From: Octopus bimaculoides
Lineage: Eukaryota
Direction: 5' to 3'
DNA length: 64,000 bases
NCBI RefSeq assembly: GCF_001194135.2
Contig: NC_068998.1
Coordinates: forward strand, 17,900,631-17,964,630
Shown: piece after piece, positions 1 through 15,600 of the stretch
How positions within the stretch are numbered: the first letter of the stretch is position 1
Layout of the letters: every line of letters starts with the position of its first letter
The notes under the pieces: generated by a model
What the model saw: the letters and a program-made list of their open reading frames with translations, nothing else
Told to the model about the DNA's origin: nothing
Database searches by the model: none
Translations under genes and position numbers: made by a program

Positions 1-429
1 TTAAATTTTCATGCATGAATTAATGATCCCTCCACAAATCAGAGGCAAGGATGGAGCCTGTATATTGCTTCATGTAGGATTTTCTCTCTCACCTTTGGCA
101 TTTTTTTTTTCCAAGTAAAATTATAGTTTCATCTGCTTTTCTCATGTTTACATTTCCACAGAACTATTTTTTTTCCTTACTTCATTTCTCTGGCGTGCCA
201 AATTAAGAGTTGTGTAATCTGTTCCTCAAGACATGTTTAATAAAGAATGGTAGGAAGAATTAATTTCCTTATGATAACATTTATATACAGGACAATCCAT
301 AGCAAATGTTGATTGTTACCTTTAAAAAGATTAGGATTAACTTTTTTACACAAGATACAAGGGAAAAAACCTAGATACCCCTCCATTAAAAGAGTCAGGT
401 TTTATTCAAGTAAATATTTCGTGTGTGTG

Positions 430-464
<35 letters not shown>

Positions 465-701
465 AAGAGAGAGAGACAGAGACTGGACTTCATTCCCAGA
501 CACTTTTTCAGCCTGAAAATGTTTGTAACATCTGCAGTAGGGTCTCTTTGTCCAAAGCCAGACTTGCTGGTTGTATGAAATCTTATGACAGCATTTTCTA
601 ATTGAAAAGAATGGCCTCTTGTAACGAAGTGGTAATCACCATGTATGTATGTATGTATGTATGTATGTATGTATGTATGTATGTATGTATGNNNNNNNNN
701 N

Positions 702-743
<42 letters not shown>

Positions 744-3060
744 GTTTATTTTGTCTCTGATTATTCAGACTAGAGCAGTAGTAATAATAAATTAGTGTGT
801 TATGTATTTTTTAAACAATATTAATTACTAAAGTGTGGTTTCTGCCTGTATTGTTTTTGATCCTGTAAACAAAAACTTGGTTATGATTTATTTGCTTTAA
901 TGTTGTTCTGATTAAAAAAAGCATTAATGCCTTTCTTTTAAAAAAGGCAAATTTGCCTTTTGCTGCTTTATTTCTGTTAGGATCAATGTCTCTATATTAA
1001 TCAATGATATGTTATTAGAGGGTATCTATATGATGCTATAATTAATTAATCAGTAAATGGAAATCCTCATTAAATAGCATCATTAATGTTGTTTGGTAAT
1101 GCATGAATACAAATCTTTTTTTTCCTTTTTCTTATTTAATTCCGTTTTCATGCTTGCTTAAGAAGTGGTTTTTATTAGCCTACAGATATTTAATCACAAA
1201 TTAATATTGTAATCTTGAAAAAAAAAAAGAGAAAAAAATTAATGATGATTATCATCAAGAAACTTTCTGAAGTTAAGGGATAGAAGTGAGGCCTAATTTT
1301 AGAATTTCAATAAAATTTACATTGAGCATTTTCTTTTAAAATTGGTTCTAATTTCAGCTATGCTTGTATTTTCAGCCCCCATTGTTTATGTAATTTGTGA
1401 AAATTTTTAGCTGTATTATCTATGGATTAATAATTTTAGTTGTGTATACATGTGCAGTTTTCTTGTGAATGTACCTCCCCACCAAACACACACACTCAAG
1501 GGGTGAGAAGTAAGAAAATTCTAACATTTAAAGCAGAATAAGAAAATGGCACTAAAGAGTAAATAAATAGTTAAAACTGCTTTCAGTATTTGATCTTTCA
1601 CATTGGCAAGTATGGTAGAATAGAGGTTATGCCCAGGGCATTGTCAGTAACCCAGCTTTGATAATTGTTTGAGGCCAGTTTGTTTCATTCACATTGTTAA
1701 TGCCTTTGGGAAAAGACTGAACACTACAACTAAATGTTTCTCTTCTATAAATATTTGGCTATGAGCCTATGTAAGAAATCAATATTTGTTTTTCTATGTT
1801 GGCCTTGGCTCATTTACAATTTTTTTTCCTGCTAGCTGTCTTTTTCTATTTTTGTATCTGTTTTACAATATCTGTTTAATTGAAAGTTTGCTTATTAGAA
1901 TTTGTCACCAAATATATCTAGTAAATTTTGGAAATGCATTACATTCTTATACAAAGATTATTTTATTGTAGATGTTTGTCTTTGTATTATTTATAAACTC
2001 TGTGACATTGAAAATAGCTTGGACAGTAAGAAAATCTTAATAGGGCTACACTTTTAATTTCAACAGTTTACTGTTCAAAGTTAAAATCCCATTGGTGTTC
2101 ACTTTGGTTTTAATCTCACCAGTTCTTATTTAAGCTTTCCACTCTCTATTGAGTATAAGCCATTGACAAGTTTCCTCCTCCACTGTTCTCAACTCTGAGC
2201 TGTCTTTTCCTCTCCCAGGTCTTGTTGGATTTGAATTGCTGTTGATGCTTCTGTAACTCTGTTTTTTTCCTAGATAGGGCACTGGCCCTAGGCAAACCCA
2301 TTTTTACCTCTGGGAAGAGGTTCACATTAGTCTGCCTCTATCCTTAGACCTGTCCAACATGGAAGGTCCTACCAGGAGCTTGCACTCTGTTAGCATATCT
2401 CTTAGGGTGATTGAGGCACACAAGCCACTACACCACAACAAAGACCAAACCTTGAAGTGAAATCTCAACTGATTAGTAGTATAATCTTGGGCTTGACCCA
2501 GTTGATTATATCTTACATTTACAAAAGTATTGTGTTTTGTCAAAATAGATTGATATTTATGAATACTAATGTAAATATAAAATGCTTAAATCTTGTACAA
2601 ACAATATGTTTCTTTAACTGTTGGTTCCTTAATATCTTTTCTAAATAATCTGTGGAGCTCTTAAAAAAAGTGTGCAATAAATACAAAATTTGTGTACTTT
2701 CTTCTTTGAGGCACTTGATATTAACAAATAGTTAGGTAACATGCAAAATGGTAAAAAGTTTTCATAAAGATAGCTTTGAGAAGAAAGAATTATGGATCTT
2801 AAACCATATAATGTTTTTCTGGAGTGTGGGAAAGTGAACCAGTATAAGTGAGTGTTTGTAAAGGTTGAAAAGTGCAATATGAAACGTTGATAGGGCTTGT
2901 TAGTAAGGGAAAGTTTATCAGTCAACACCATTTTATGCACAATTCAGATGTGAAGCACAATACTCCATACTCTGTAGTGGTGGTATGGTCTTAGTTACCA
3001 CTGCTCCTACCTTTTCTTGTATTTTTATGATAAATGAAGTTTTTGTTTTTTTATTTATAG

Positions 3061-3191
3061 AAACCAACCTCAGAATTGATGGCTGCCATCCAACTGGGGA
3101 TTGGTCAAAGTGTTGGTGGACTCTCGTCCAAACCAGAGCGTGATGTACTCTTACAAGATTTTGCTGTGGTTGAAAGTGTATTTTTTCCAGG
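3061..3191 (+). CDS. PIP5K1: PIP5K1 exon: [44 protein letters not shown]
   Basis: ttttatttatag acceptor, GG|gtaag donor (phase 2). Matches the conserved N-terminal kinase segment AIQLGI...KPERDVL.QDF.VVES.FFP. Confidence 0.95.
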
Positions 3192-6060
3192 GTAAGAAAT
3201 ATTTATATTTAAAATGGTTCTAATTCTAAATTATTGACTTGACAAAGGCTTTTGTAGAATTTCATCATGAAGACCAGTGTCACAATATTATATACACGTG
3301 GACTTTCTTCAAATTAATAAAATTGATTTGAATAAAAACTACACAATTTCTTGATTATTGAACATCAGAAAAGTTCATAGGCTGACCAAGATACTCTCAT
3401 GGAATGTGACCAAATGAGGTTTATTTTTCAAAATGGTCCCCCTTCTGGTTCACAAACTTCTTCGATTGGTGTTGTAGTGCTTGGATCCTATTGATGAAGC
3501 TTCCATCTTGTTGGTCAAAAAAGGCATCAACAGCAGATATGATGTCGTCATCACTGCAACACTGGTTCCCAGCCAAGTGTTTCTTCATGTTGGGGCCAAT
3601 TCAAGAGAATAAGGAGGATGATCAAGCACCGATGATCAAAGCCACAATCAGTCATGCACAGCAGCTTTGAAACCAACTTGTGTGCAGGAACATTGTCCTG
3701 ATGAAACAAGACCCATTTTGTCAGTTTTCCTGGGTATTTGGTCTTGATAGCCTTTCATAACTACCTCAGCAAGTTGGCATAGTACTCTCCATTGATGGTG
3801 TGGCCCTTTTGAAGATAGTCAATAAACATAATGCCTTTTGCATCCCCAAGAAACTGAGGACATCACCTTCCTTGCAGATGTAATGACTTCTTTTCTGCAA
3901 GTACTTGATAATACCACAATGCTAATTTTGCCCATCTTCTAGAGAAGTTGCTACTGGTTACTTTTGAAGTCTTCTTTGAAGAGTTCAATGTCAGTTTACT
4001 GGGAAAGAAACAATGCAGTTATTAAATAAGAAAAATTGAAATGAATGCATGCAAAATTTCACAGCTCTTGCATCACTCTTTCATAGTCAGCCTATGAACT
4101 TTTCAGCCCACCTTCATATGACAAACAGTTCACTGCTTGAATGAATAATCAGTTATGATAGTTCAGTAGTTTCCTCTTGATCCACACACACTTGTTTTAG
4201 GTTTTTAGTAGAGGAAACAATGATATAAATTAGCAATTTATCATAGATTGAAGAAACTAATTTTAATATTCCTTTCATCAACTTTTCTTTTGTAATCAGT
4301 ATGTTAACATGGTTGATGAATGCATTGAGCACATAACATAAATTGGCAAGTTAATTGCATATTCTTTTGTTGTGGGGAACTAAAACTGGTTGTTAGTCAT
4401 ATGCTGTTTTGCATTTAACATTCCATTCTGCCAATGTCAACTTTGCCTTGCATCTCTCCTGGTTTGATAAAATAAAGCACCAATCATATACTTGGATCAA
4501 TGTAATTGACTTATCTGCTCTCATCAAAATTGTTGGCCTTCTTTCTAAATCAGAAACCATTTAATATTCCATTTAAAAAATTTTTATTTTACAATTAGGG
4601 CTTATTTAAGTAATGTATTTTGTCAGGGTCTCAACAGTTGCTGACATTGGAGAAACCAGGATTAGAAATTCAACTTAAATGTTATGAATATTGACAACTT
4701 TTCATAATATAACTATTTTTATAATATAAAACCATTTACTTAGATGGTTTTATATTATGAAAATAGTTGTGTCCTTCTAAGAAGCTCTTTACTTGGAAAT
4801 AAGCCTTTGTGGCTTTTCTTCATTTATATGGCACACATCTTGTTGAGAACATCTCAAGGTCATTCTCGTTATACCGCAGGGTTTCTTACTTAATTGTAAC
4901 TACCGAACAGTTGTATATCTGGACTGCCAAAACTGCTCTGCTAAACTTATATTTTCTTTTCTGACAATAATAATAATACAATGTGCTGATAAAAAAACAA
5001 AAACAAAAAAAAACAACAAAAAAACTGCATTAGTAGAATTGAAGTCCAACAAGAGATTAATTAATCACTGAAACATTCAATTTCTCTGATGTTGAAATTT
5101 GAAACTGGTTTAATTTTTTCATCTGCAGAGAGGGTCACTAATGTGATGTCAGGCTTTGAACTTTTAACCCAACTTTCTCTTTGTGCCACTTTTGGCATAT
5201 GATCCAAGTCTGATGAAGATATTTTTCAAATGGAAGTTTGTGACAATGTTAGAATGTTACTGTGAAAACTGAGAAAGGGGAAACTGCAAGCAGATTCAAC
5301 CACACTCTTGAAAAATTAGAAAATGCTGTTTCACACAACATAAAAATTCAAATACTAACATGAATCTTAAGTGACCAATCTTCCTTGTTCAGCATTTGAT
5401 GACATGTTTCAAGATTTTTAAAAAGCTAAAAGTGATAGGTAACTATGTAACCTGTATTTCTAAATGAGTTTCCAGTGTTAGATTAATCAACTATTCCACT
5501 GGCACTTGTTAATAAAATAAATAGATCAATCTGATTGTATGTTAATTATGCTGCAAGACTTAATGACATTCTAGAAACAAACCAATTCTTATCCATGGTT
5601 TCTACCAGAAAATTTTTTTACCACCATCAGTAATAGTAAATATTTTATCAGACCTGATTTAGCTGTACCACACTTGAAAACTAAAAGTTTCACTTAAATA
5701 CAGGGAATATAGGGAACTTAATATTGTCATCATTCATAAGGATGTATCTCAGTTTAACCACTTTTATTTTAGTGTTAAGCACCCCTACAAAGGTTATGGG
5801 CACTGACTATCCCCTTTTGGCTAAGCTATATCACCACTATCACCACTATTCTAATGTCCACTTTTCCACATTTGCATGGGCTATACAGAGCTGGATACCT
5901 TTCCTGTTGTCAGCCCTCGTCTGTTCCCAAGCAATATTTCCCCACAACCAAACACGGTTTTCATAGAAGACTAGAAACGAAACAAAGGTCACTACTTGCA
6001 TGACAGTGACATTCTTTACAGCTATCATGTCAAGCCAAGGCAAGGAGACAGTAACGCTCG

Positions 6061-6107
<47 letters not shown>

Positions 6108-9100
6108 NNNNNNNNNNNNNNNNNNNNNNNNNNNNNNNNNNNNNNNNNNNNNNNNNNNNNNNNNNNNNNNNNNNNNNNNNNNNNNNNNNNNNNNNNNNNN
6201 NNNNNNNNNNNNNNNNNNNNNNNNNNNNNNNNNNNNNNNNNNNNNNNNNNNNNNNNNNNNNNNNNNNNNNNNNNNNNNNNNNNNNNNNNNNNNNNNNNNN
6301 NNNNNNNNNNNNNNNNNNNNNNNNNNNNNNNNNNNNNNNNNNNNNNNNNNNNNNNNNNNNNNNNNNNNNNNNNNNNNNNNNNNNNNNNNNNNNNNNNNNN
6401 NNNNNNNNNNNNNNNNNNNNNNNNNNNNNNNNNNNNNNNNNNNNNNNNNNNNNNNNNNNNNNNNNNNNNNNNNNNNNNNNNNNNNNNNNNNNNNNNNNNN
6501 NNNNNNNNNNNNNNNNNNNNNNNNNNNNNNNNNNNNNNNNNNNNNNNNNNNNNNNNNNNNNNNNNNNNNNNNNNNNNNNNNNNNNNNNNNNNNNNNNNNN
6601 NNNNNNNNNNNNNNNNNNNNNNNNNNNNNNNNNNNNNNNNNNNNNNNNNNNNNNNNNNNNNNNNNNNNNNNNNNNNNNNNNNNNNNNNNNNNNNNNNNNN
6701 NNNNNNNNNNNNNNNNNNNNNNNNNNNNNNNNNNNNNNNNNNNNNNNNNNNNNNNNNNNNNNNNNNNNNNNNNNNNNNNNNNNNNNNNNNNNNNNNNNNN
6801 NNNNNNNNNNNNNNNNNNNNNNNNNNNNNNNNNNNNNNNNNNNNNNNNNNNNNNNNNNNNNNNNNNNNNNNNNNNNNNNNNNNNNNNNNNNNNNNNNNNN
6901 NNNNNNNNNNNNNNNNNNNNNNNNNNNNNNNNNNNNNNNNNNNNNNNNNNNNNNNNNNNNNNNNNNNNNNNNNNNNNNNNNNNNNNNNNNNNNNNNNNNN
7001 NNNNNNNTGTTTCTAAGACTGTTTTATGCTAGAAATCAAAGTTTCATAAAAAAATTCCAGTTAATAGAATTATGGGAGGTAATGGGTTAAGCAGTTTGAT
7101 TGCTAATGTTATTGGTGCACTTCATAAACATAATTTAATACAACTTTTAACAGTCATGTTGCTTTAGAAAAAAAAAAAAACAAAAAAAAAAACTCTTGGC
7201 CGAGTTCCATCCACAGAGATGAATCATGGTGATTTCCCCTTATACTGTGTTTTGTGGATTCTTGTCTCACATTTTCAGTTTAATAATCCATTCTCATGAT
7301 GATTTATCTTTATCTTTCATCCTTTGCTTGTTTCAATCATTGAACTTCAGCCAACCTGGGGCACCATCTTGAAGGGTTTAGTCAAACTAATCAACCCCAG
7401 TACTTCTTTATTAAGCCTGGTACTTATTCTATCAGTTCTGTTTTGCAGAACCTCTAAATTATGGGGATGTAAACATACTAACACCAGCTGTCAGATAGTG
7501 CTGGGGACAAACACATACAGAAAGACGCACACATAGATATGTACATATACATTTCAGTTCCCATTTACCAAATCCTCACAAGTCTTTGGTTAGCCTGAGG
7601 CTATAGGAGAAGACATATACCCAAGGTGTCACATCGTGGGACTAAACCAGGAACCATGTGGTTGAGAGACAAACTTCTTACCACACAGCAAAACCTGTGA
7701 TTCATTGGATTTACAGTTTACCCCAGTGTTTCCCAACTAATTTTCCCCCAGGTCCCATTGTAACTTTCAAGAAAAATGTATGCTCCTCCAGTGATTGGTA
7801 AAAAAAACAAACTTTATTTTTAATGTTTCATAATTATATACTTTCCTTAAAGAAATCCACACTAGGGCTTAGGATACAGTAATTCCTTGGCTATCATGGG
7901 TGTGACATTCCAAACCCCCCTGTGATAGGTGAAAATCCGCGAAGTAGAAACGATACTGTATATACTGCACTATTCTTCCTTCTCATATCAATTATCAGAG
8001 GCTGGCAATCACAGAATTCATTCATCAGATTATATACATGTATCATCTTTTTAGGTTGACCCTAGCTTTGAGAAGATAAATGTTAGAGCCACCACACTGT
8101 TATATGCTGTTCACGAGGTGGTGCTAGGATTAGGTTAATGCTTCAACATTACTCAATAGACTGATCTTATACTGTGAAAATAGTTAAATGGGAGATATTT
8201 ACCTGCAATTATTGATCAAGAACTTCCTGTATGTGTACACATGATAGAAGGAACATACTCTTTTTTGCTTTCGTGGATGTTCTCTTTCCATCATAAGGCA
8301 TTGTTAAGTGTATACTGAACAGTTAAATATCTGTAGCAGTGAAATGTGATAAATCTATAAATGGTTTCATTATACTTCATTATTTATGAAACTATCCAGT
8401 TTCCTGTTAAATCCATCTGAATTAACAGCTGAATGTATAAGCATATTTTATTTCCTTGCTTCTTCTGACCACATTAATATTGAATAAAAACATAATCAGC
8501 TGCTGAAGTAATCTTACATTAAATCGTTTTTTTCCCTCGATCACTGCCTGCTTTAAATAACCAGCAAGAAATCTTTAGCTAATTAAATTGTTTATTGCTA
8601 ATATTATAAATTAATCAGAATATGAGGAGTAGAAGATATGATAAAGTATTGAATAAAATGCTGTTCAGTATTTTGATACACTTTTTACAAGTTTAAAATC
8701 CCACTGGAGTTGATTTTCTTATTCCTCCCGCTGGAGTGACAGTTAAATATAGTAGTGTTGTTATGCTAAAAATTGATTTGATTGACTAAACTTCTTCGTA
8801 TAAATCTGTTACTTTGAACCAATGTATGAAGCTAATATTATAAATTAATCAACAGCTAGGAGTTCTTAGAGTTTGATAGAATACTACAAGAGAGAATGTT
8901 ATCAGTCCCAATTCTAATTTTAAACCCTGCTAATGTTGATGTTGTCTTTCATCTTTTGGGGTTTGATATAATGTGAATAGTAATGCAGACTGTTCAATCA
9001 TAAGTATTGACAGCAAAAATTATCGTTGTGCCTAGTCAAAAGAAATCAATAATCTTGATTAATCAAGTCAAGCAGATGTGATCTACATTTCAAGGATATA

Positions 9101-12100
9101 TTTTCTTTTAGGTTCCTTTCTATAAGAATATATTAGCCATCATTCATATTTGTTCTTATAAGCTTCTGTAGTCATGTCAGCTTGATTTACCAAGATATTT
9201 CTGTCTGTGCAGGCTTTATATCCCATATCAATGTTGCACTCTCTTTTATAGCATCTTTCACAGACTTAACCAGATACCCTTTTTCTACAGTCCCCATTTT
9301 ATAACATTTGAGAGTTTTTTTGAGAAAAATAAGTTTCAATGATAAGAAACTCACTTCGCAACTATATGGGTTTGGGTTCAGTCCCATTATGTGGCACCTT
9401 GGGCAAGTGTCTTCTACCATAACTCTGTGCCAACCAGTGCCTTGTGAGTGAATTTGGTTGACAGGAACTGTATAGAAGCCCATCGTGTATGTATATATTT
9501 ATCTGTCTGTCCTTGTGTTTGTGGGTGTCCCCTCACTACATGATTATTGGTGCTGGTTTGTTTATGTCTCTGTAACCTAGTGGTTCAGCAAAAAATACTG
9601 ATAGAATAGGTACCAGATTAAAAAAAAAAAGGTACTGGTCTAATTTGTTCAACTAAAACATTCAAGGCAGTATCCCATCATGGTTACAGTCCAGTGATTA
9701 AAACAAGTAAAAAATAAAGATTAAGAATAAAGGCTTTGAGTTCAAACCAAACCTTGGGATAAATCTACATATAGGAATAAGATACCTGGTGAATGGAGAA
9801 TCAAACAATGTAGGACAAAGGTACATGAAAGATATGGTTGATAGTCTAGAAATGTTTGATTATTTCAACAGTAACTGATTTCACAAACTCAGATGAATAG
9901 TGATATACTTTCTCTGCTACTTAATGAAAATTTTTATTAGCTTGAATAGTGATTCACAAAATTTTACGACAGAACCCTTATACAATTTTCAAAAAAAAAT
10001 CACAGAACCCATGTTTAGATTTTATAGATATCTCTCATTACCCTAATTTTAGTAAGGTATTAACTCTTAAGCATTTTATCTGGCCATATCCAGGTGAAAT
10101 ATTCTACCCGTTTTTTGTTAAAACTGACCAGATCCAACCTCTCACCCTTGCCCTACAATATCATTCTAAAAATATACAAATACACCATTATGATAAGCCA
10201 TTATTTATAGTAGAATTCATGCTGAGACATGTCGTTAATAAAAACACAACAGTTAATCATTTTGAAAACGGTTGATGCCATTCTTGGGGCGCAGGGAGCT
10301 GTTTAAAAAAATATTCCTTTTTTCATCAAGCCTCAGAATTTTTCCATAAAGCCAATTTTGATAAAGACTGGACTATATTGAAAAACTAATATTGATTTCA
10401 AATTTTGGCACAAGGTCAGGAATTTCAGGGAAGGGGTTAAGTTGATTATATCAACCCCAGTAATCAACTTGTACTTATTTCATTAATCCTGAAGGATGAA
10501 AGGTAAAGTTGACCTTGGTGGAATTTGAACCCAGAACGTAAAGACAGACAAAATGCCACTAAGCATTTTGCCTGATGTGCTAATGATTCTACCAGCTCAT
10601 TGCCAAAAACTATACTGTTATTGTTAGGAATCCATTTTTGGATCTGCAAATCAGTTAAAAAAAAAAAAAAAATCATCAAATGACAGTTTTTTTGCGAAAC
10701 CTTGTGTTTTCAATTTTGCTCTCTTTTCTTTCAGTGAAGGTAGTAATCTTACACCAGCTCATCACTACAGTGATTTTCGATTCAAGACGTATGCTCCCGT
10801 AGCGTTTCGATATTTCCGTGAACTATTTGGAATCCATGCTGATGATTTCATGGTAACTATAGAATTTTTACCTGTTTGAAATTGTAGTAATCTTTCAGTG
10901 AAAACAAGTGAAGGGGTATTTTGCTCTAAATAGTTAAGCTAATGTTTTAAAAGTAATTTTAGTAGAATCTTAATAGTCATAAGATTTGTAAAGAGTAGAT
11001 TAGATTTATCACTATATAGTGTAAAAAAGAATGGAGGGGGGGGGACAACCAAAAAACAAAAACAAATTGATTCACTTAGCATAGTTGTGGCTGTTTTAGG
11101 GTGCAGGCATGGATATGTGGTTAAAAAGCTATGGTCTTGGGTTCATTCTCACTGCATGACACCTTGGGCAAGTGTCTTCTACTATAACCTGAGGACTAAA
11201 GCTTTGTGAGTTTTTTCGATAGATGGAAACTGAAAGAAGCCTGTTGTGTGTGTGTGTGTGTGTGTGTGCCCTTGTCTAGATATCACATGAAGTTTGTAAA
11301 CATGTGCCACTGTCATATAAGTAAAGTTTGTTTGTTTCCACTTTTCTATGGAAAACGTTTGGCCATGCGGAAATATTATCTTGCTTGGGAACAGGTAAGG
11401 GTTGGCATGCAGATATAGAAAATCTGCCTCAACAAATTCCCTCTTACCCATGCAAGGATGGCAAAGTGGATGATGAATGGTGACGATTGATTGATCTTCA
11501 TGAGTCTGGTATGAAAGCAACAGAATGAAAATGCCTGTTTTAAAGGCAGCTGCTTTATTGTTGTCTCACTCATCCACAGATATGATACTTCACAAAGTGA
11601 TATCTTACAGAATGTTGTATCATCTATTTTGAATGAAAGGTAATGAGTAATGTTACATAGATGTTTTAAATTAGGGAGATTAGGTATGATTTTGCTGGAG
11701 GATGTGCTTTCTTTCAATGCTAGTGCCATGTAAAAAGCACTTGTAATGGTGCCACATAAAAAGCACCTAGTACATTCTGTGGAGTGATTGGTGTTAGGAA
11801 GGGCATCCAGCCATAGAAACCAAGCTAAAACAGACTATGAAATCTGGTGTAGCCCCTGGCCTTGCCAGTTCCTGTCAAGCTGTCCAGTGTCAAGTGTCAG
11901 TGTCAAGGTGTCCTGTCAAGTGTAGAAAACATGTTGATGATGATGATATGGTGAAAATACAGCCATGTTTCTTTGGAAGACAGAAAAATGAGTTGTAATA
12001 AAGCCATCTTCATCATCATCATCATTCATTTGAGGTATTTTTTGTATTTCTGTAGGTTAGACTAATCTTAATAATTGCTACATTTTACTATTGTCTGTGA

Positions 12101-12566
12101 TCCATAGTTAAGGTATATGAGTTCCAAATTTTTTTTTTTTTGTGCATAAGATATATATGTGTGTATGGTCTGGAACATTCAGTAATGATAGAGATTTTTC
12201 ATCCTGGACAATTGAGTTTATCTGTATTATATGGTTTATATCTACTGTATTTTCTGGCATACAAGGCAAATTTTTCTAACTGAAATATACAACCCAAAAT
12301 AGGTAGGTTGATTTATACACCAAGGTGTCTTTGGAGGATGAAAGATTCCATGTGAAATGCAGCAAGATTTGGAAAGATAGTGATGGTGTTTGGATGTTTA
12401 CACTACGTGTTCATACTATATACTACACACTGACTTCTATGCCAGGAAATGCAGTAATGACAGTAGTGTAGATTTTTATATCTAGCTTTTACTATGCCAA
12501 ATTATTAAGAATGTTTGATACACATTTTATTTAACATAGCTCTAAAAAAAAAAAAACTTGTAAATG

Positions 12567-12629
<63 letters not shown>

Positions 12630-15600
12630 CATATACACCTGTCAAAGATTTCATTTTCTTTGTAGCTCTCATTGTGCACAGAACCCCTTCAGGAGCTTTG
12701 TAACCCTGGAGCTAGTGGCAGTATATTTTATATTACTGATGATGATGAATTTATCATAAAGACTGTCCAACATAAAGAGGCAGAATTTTTACAAAAATTG
12801 CTTCCAGGCTATTATCTGGTTTGTATATTATCATTAAATATTCTCTTAAATTTTATTGTTGTTTGGCATTTCATACCTACGGTATGCAGACAGTATGTCA
12901 CATGCCTGATAGTAACCCAGAATTGGCACTTGATATGCTATGTTTTCAATCCCATCTCAAATGTTTAGTTGAGTGTAGTGTTCATCATTTAGTGTTTAGT
13001 TGAGTGTGGCCTTCTGTATTTCATTCAACCTAATGCAGATGGTGACTGAAAAAAAATGGGGGGGGGCAAGACAGACATTGTGTGTGATAAGTTTTGATTC
13101 CTCAAGATTCATTTAAGGGCTTAGAGCTCTGCATCCTGTTTGGTGTGGGGTTTTTTCTCTCTGACAAGCATCTTAGCTACTCTAATTAATTTCTAGTGAA
13201 TTGAAACGGAAGCTTATTTCCAGTTTCTGTTTGGAGTTTCCTGGCTAAGTAGGTAAGGTATAGGCCTACCTACTTAAATAAGCTTGTAAGTTCAAATTTA
13301 TCGAAAGTGCAATATTGTTTTTAGACAGAATAGTTTATTCAAAGATGCTTCTTTTGAGAATATATCACATACAGATCCTCATTTACTTAATTCCATGAAA
13401 TAAACCAAGCCCTATCCTTTAAAAGCTTGGGATTTAGTAGGCGTTTTCACAATTTGCACTTACCAATGTTCTTTTGAACCAAATATACCTTATTGATTTG
13501 AGGAAGGAGAGAATTTATTCAAGACAATCTCATTTATATATCTTCCTTAATTGAACTGTTTGTAGTTTTGCCTACAGTGGAGCATCCGTTTCAGATGCTG
13601 AAAATATTTTTGGGAAAGGCATAAATGTTACAACTTCCTAATCATATTTAATACAATATAGTTATTGTTTGTTACTTTTAATTAAAAACAAAAAACAAAA
13701 AAATTATTTCACATAAACTTAATAAATATTAATAATTAATTTTTAAAATATTATTTCAGAATTTAAATCAAAATCCACGAACCCTCTTACCAAAATTTTA
13801 TGGTCTCTACTGTTACCAAGTGAGTAATTATTTAGTTATATATTACAAAAAAAACTTCCATTTAAATATCATACTCTGTATCAATATTTTCTTCTTCTTC
13901 CTTTTTCTTTTCTCTTCTCTTTCTGCTTTTTTTTTTATAGCTTGAAACATTTCCTCTGCTGTCTTCTTGGTTTGTGACCAACCAACCTCTCTGCAATTTA
14001 ATTTTGGTCACTGCCAGACAACATTTTAGTTCAACTATAAGTTATATATTTCCTGTCTCTACAGTAAAATCTAAATTCTTAATCTTATCCGTCTCAATTT
14101 CAAGCTGTAAGCACCTTGTATTTTCTCTTTTTCTCTCTTCAGTGTGCCGGTAAAAATATCCGTTTTTGTGTGATGAATAACCTGCTGCCGTCTTCCATCA
14201 AATTAACTGAAAAGTATGACTTGAAAGGTAGCACTTACAAACGGAAAGCGTCCCGGCATGAACGAGCAAAAGAAAGTCCCACATTAAAAGATCTGGATTT
14301 TTTGGACAACCATCCTGATGGCCTCACACTCGAAAAAGAAACATATGATGCTCTGATCAAGACTATACAAAGAGATTGCCGGGTTAGTTTACAATGAATT
14401 TCTTACAATGGCACATTACCACACATTTGAGATGTGGATGGATGTAGTTGATTAGATTGGCTCAGTGCTTGATAGTTGACCAAGACAGGGCTTGAACTCA
14501 GAATGTAGTATTTGAGATATTTTGTCTAGTGCTTTAACAATTGTCAATCCATTGCCCTTTAAAGGAGCATAACTAAATACAACTTGGTAGTCAGTCTGAC
14601 ACTTAACCCTTTTGATGCCAACCCTCCTGAGACCACCACTGCTCCTATCATACAAACTTCTTGTTTTAAAGTGATCTGAGTTAAAATATCCCATCAAAAT
14701 TTCATTTAATTCACATTCCAGACGCCAACTTAATAATGACAGTTATTTTACTAAATTCTTTGTTATTTCCAAATTAACTGAAACAGAGACAATATATTTC
14801 AGTAAAAATATGGTAACAAAGGGTTAAACCATTCTTGTCGCTCTGATACTCTTGGATTAGTTTAATATTGCTTTTCATCATCATCATTCGTCTGTTGTCT
14901 ATGCTGGCATGGGTTGGATGATTTGACCAGGGCTGACAAGCTGGAAGGCTGCACCAGACTCCAGTCTAATTTAGCATGGTTTCTATGGCTCGATGTCCTT
15001 CCTAATGAGTGCTTTTATTTGCCACCGATAGGTGCCATTTGTGTGCCACTGGTATCTGCCACGACTATGATTTTACTTGGTTTGACAGGTCTTCTTCTCA
15101 AGCACGACATAATGCCCCAAGTGTCAGTTATTACCTCTGTGAGGCCCAATGCTCAAAAGGAGCTCAGCCACTTTGCCTCCGTGAGGCCCAATGCTCAAAA
15201 GGAGCTCAGCCACTTTGCCACCGTGAGGCCCAATGCTCAAAAGGAGCTCAGCCACTTTGCCACCGTGAGGCCCAATGCTCAAAAGGAGCTCAGCCACTTT
15301 GCCACCGTGAGNNNNNNNNNNNNNNNNNNNNNNNNNNNNNNNNNNNNNNNNNNNNNNNNNNNNNNNNNNNNNNNNNNNNNNNNNNNNNNNNNNNNNNNNN
15401 NNNNNNNNNNNNNNNNNNNNNNNNNNNNNNNNNNNNNNNNNNNNNNNNNNNNNNNNNNNNNNNNNNNNNNNNNNNNNNNNNNNNNNNNNNNNNNNNNNNN
15501 NNNNNNNNNNNNNNNNNNNNNNNNNNNNNNNNNNNNNNNNNNNNNNNNNNNNNNNNNNNNNNNNNNNNNNNNNNNNNNNNNNNNNNNNNNNNNNNNNNNN

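Noticed and set aside
2219-2252. Possible upstream PIP5K1 exon (ctcccag|...|gtaact)
   Set aside because: It has a stop in the frame needed to join 3061 and lacks the expected GETTYKK-like sequence; the true upstream exon is probably outside the window.
5996-7090. Long ORFs spanning N-gaps (also 14914-16497, 21566-21826, 34007-34570, 41975-42712, 58195-58815)
   Set aside because: Their length comes from N runs translated as X; there is no coding evidence.
13941-14040. Strong polypyrimidine acceptor between exons 13760 and 14143
   Set aside because: No good donor giving a frame-preserving exon, and the flanking exons join directly into conserved sequence ([11 protein letters not shown]).
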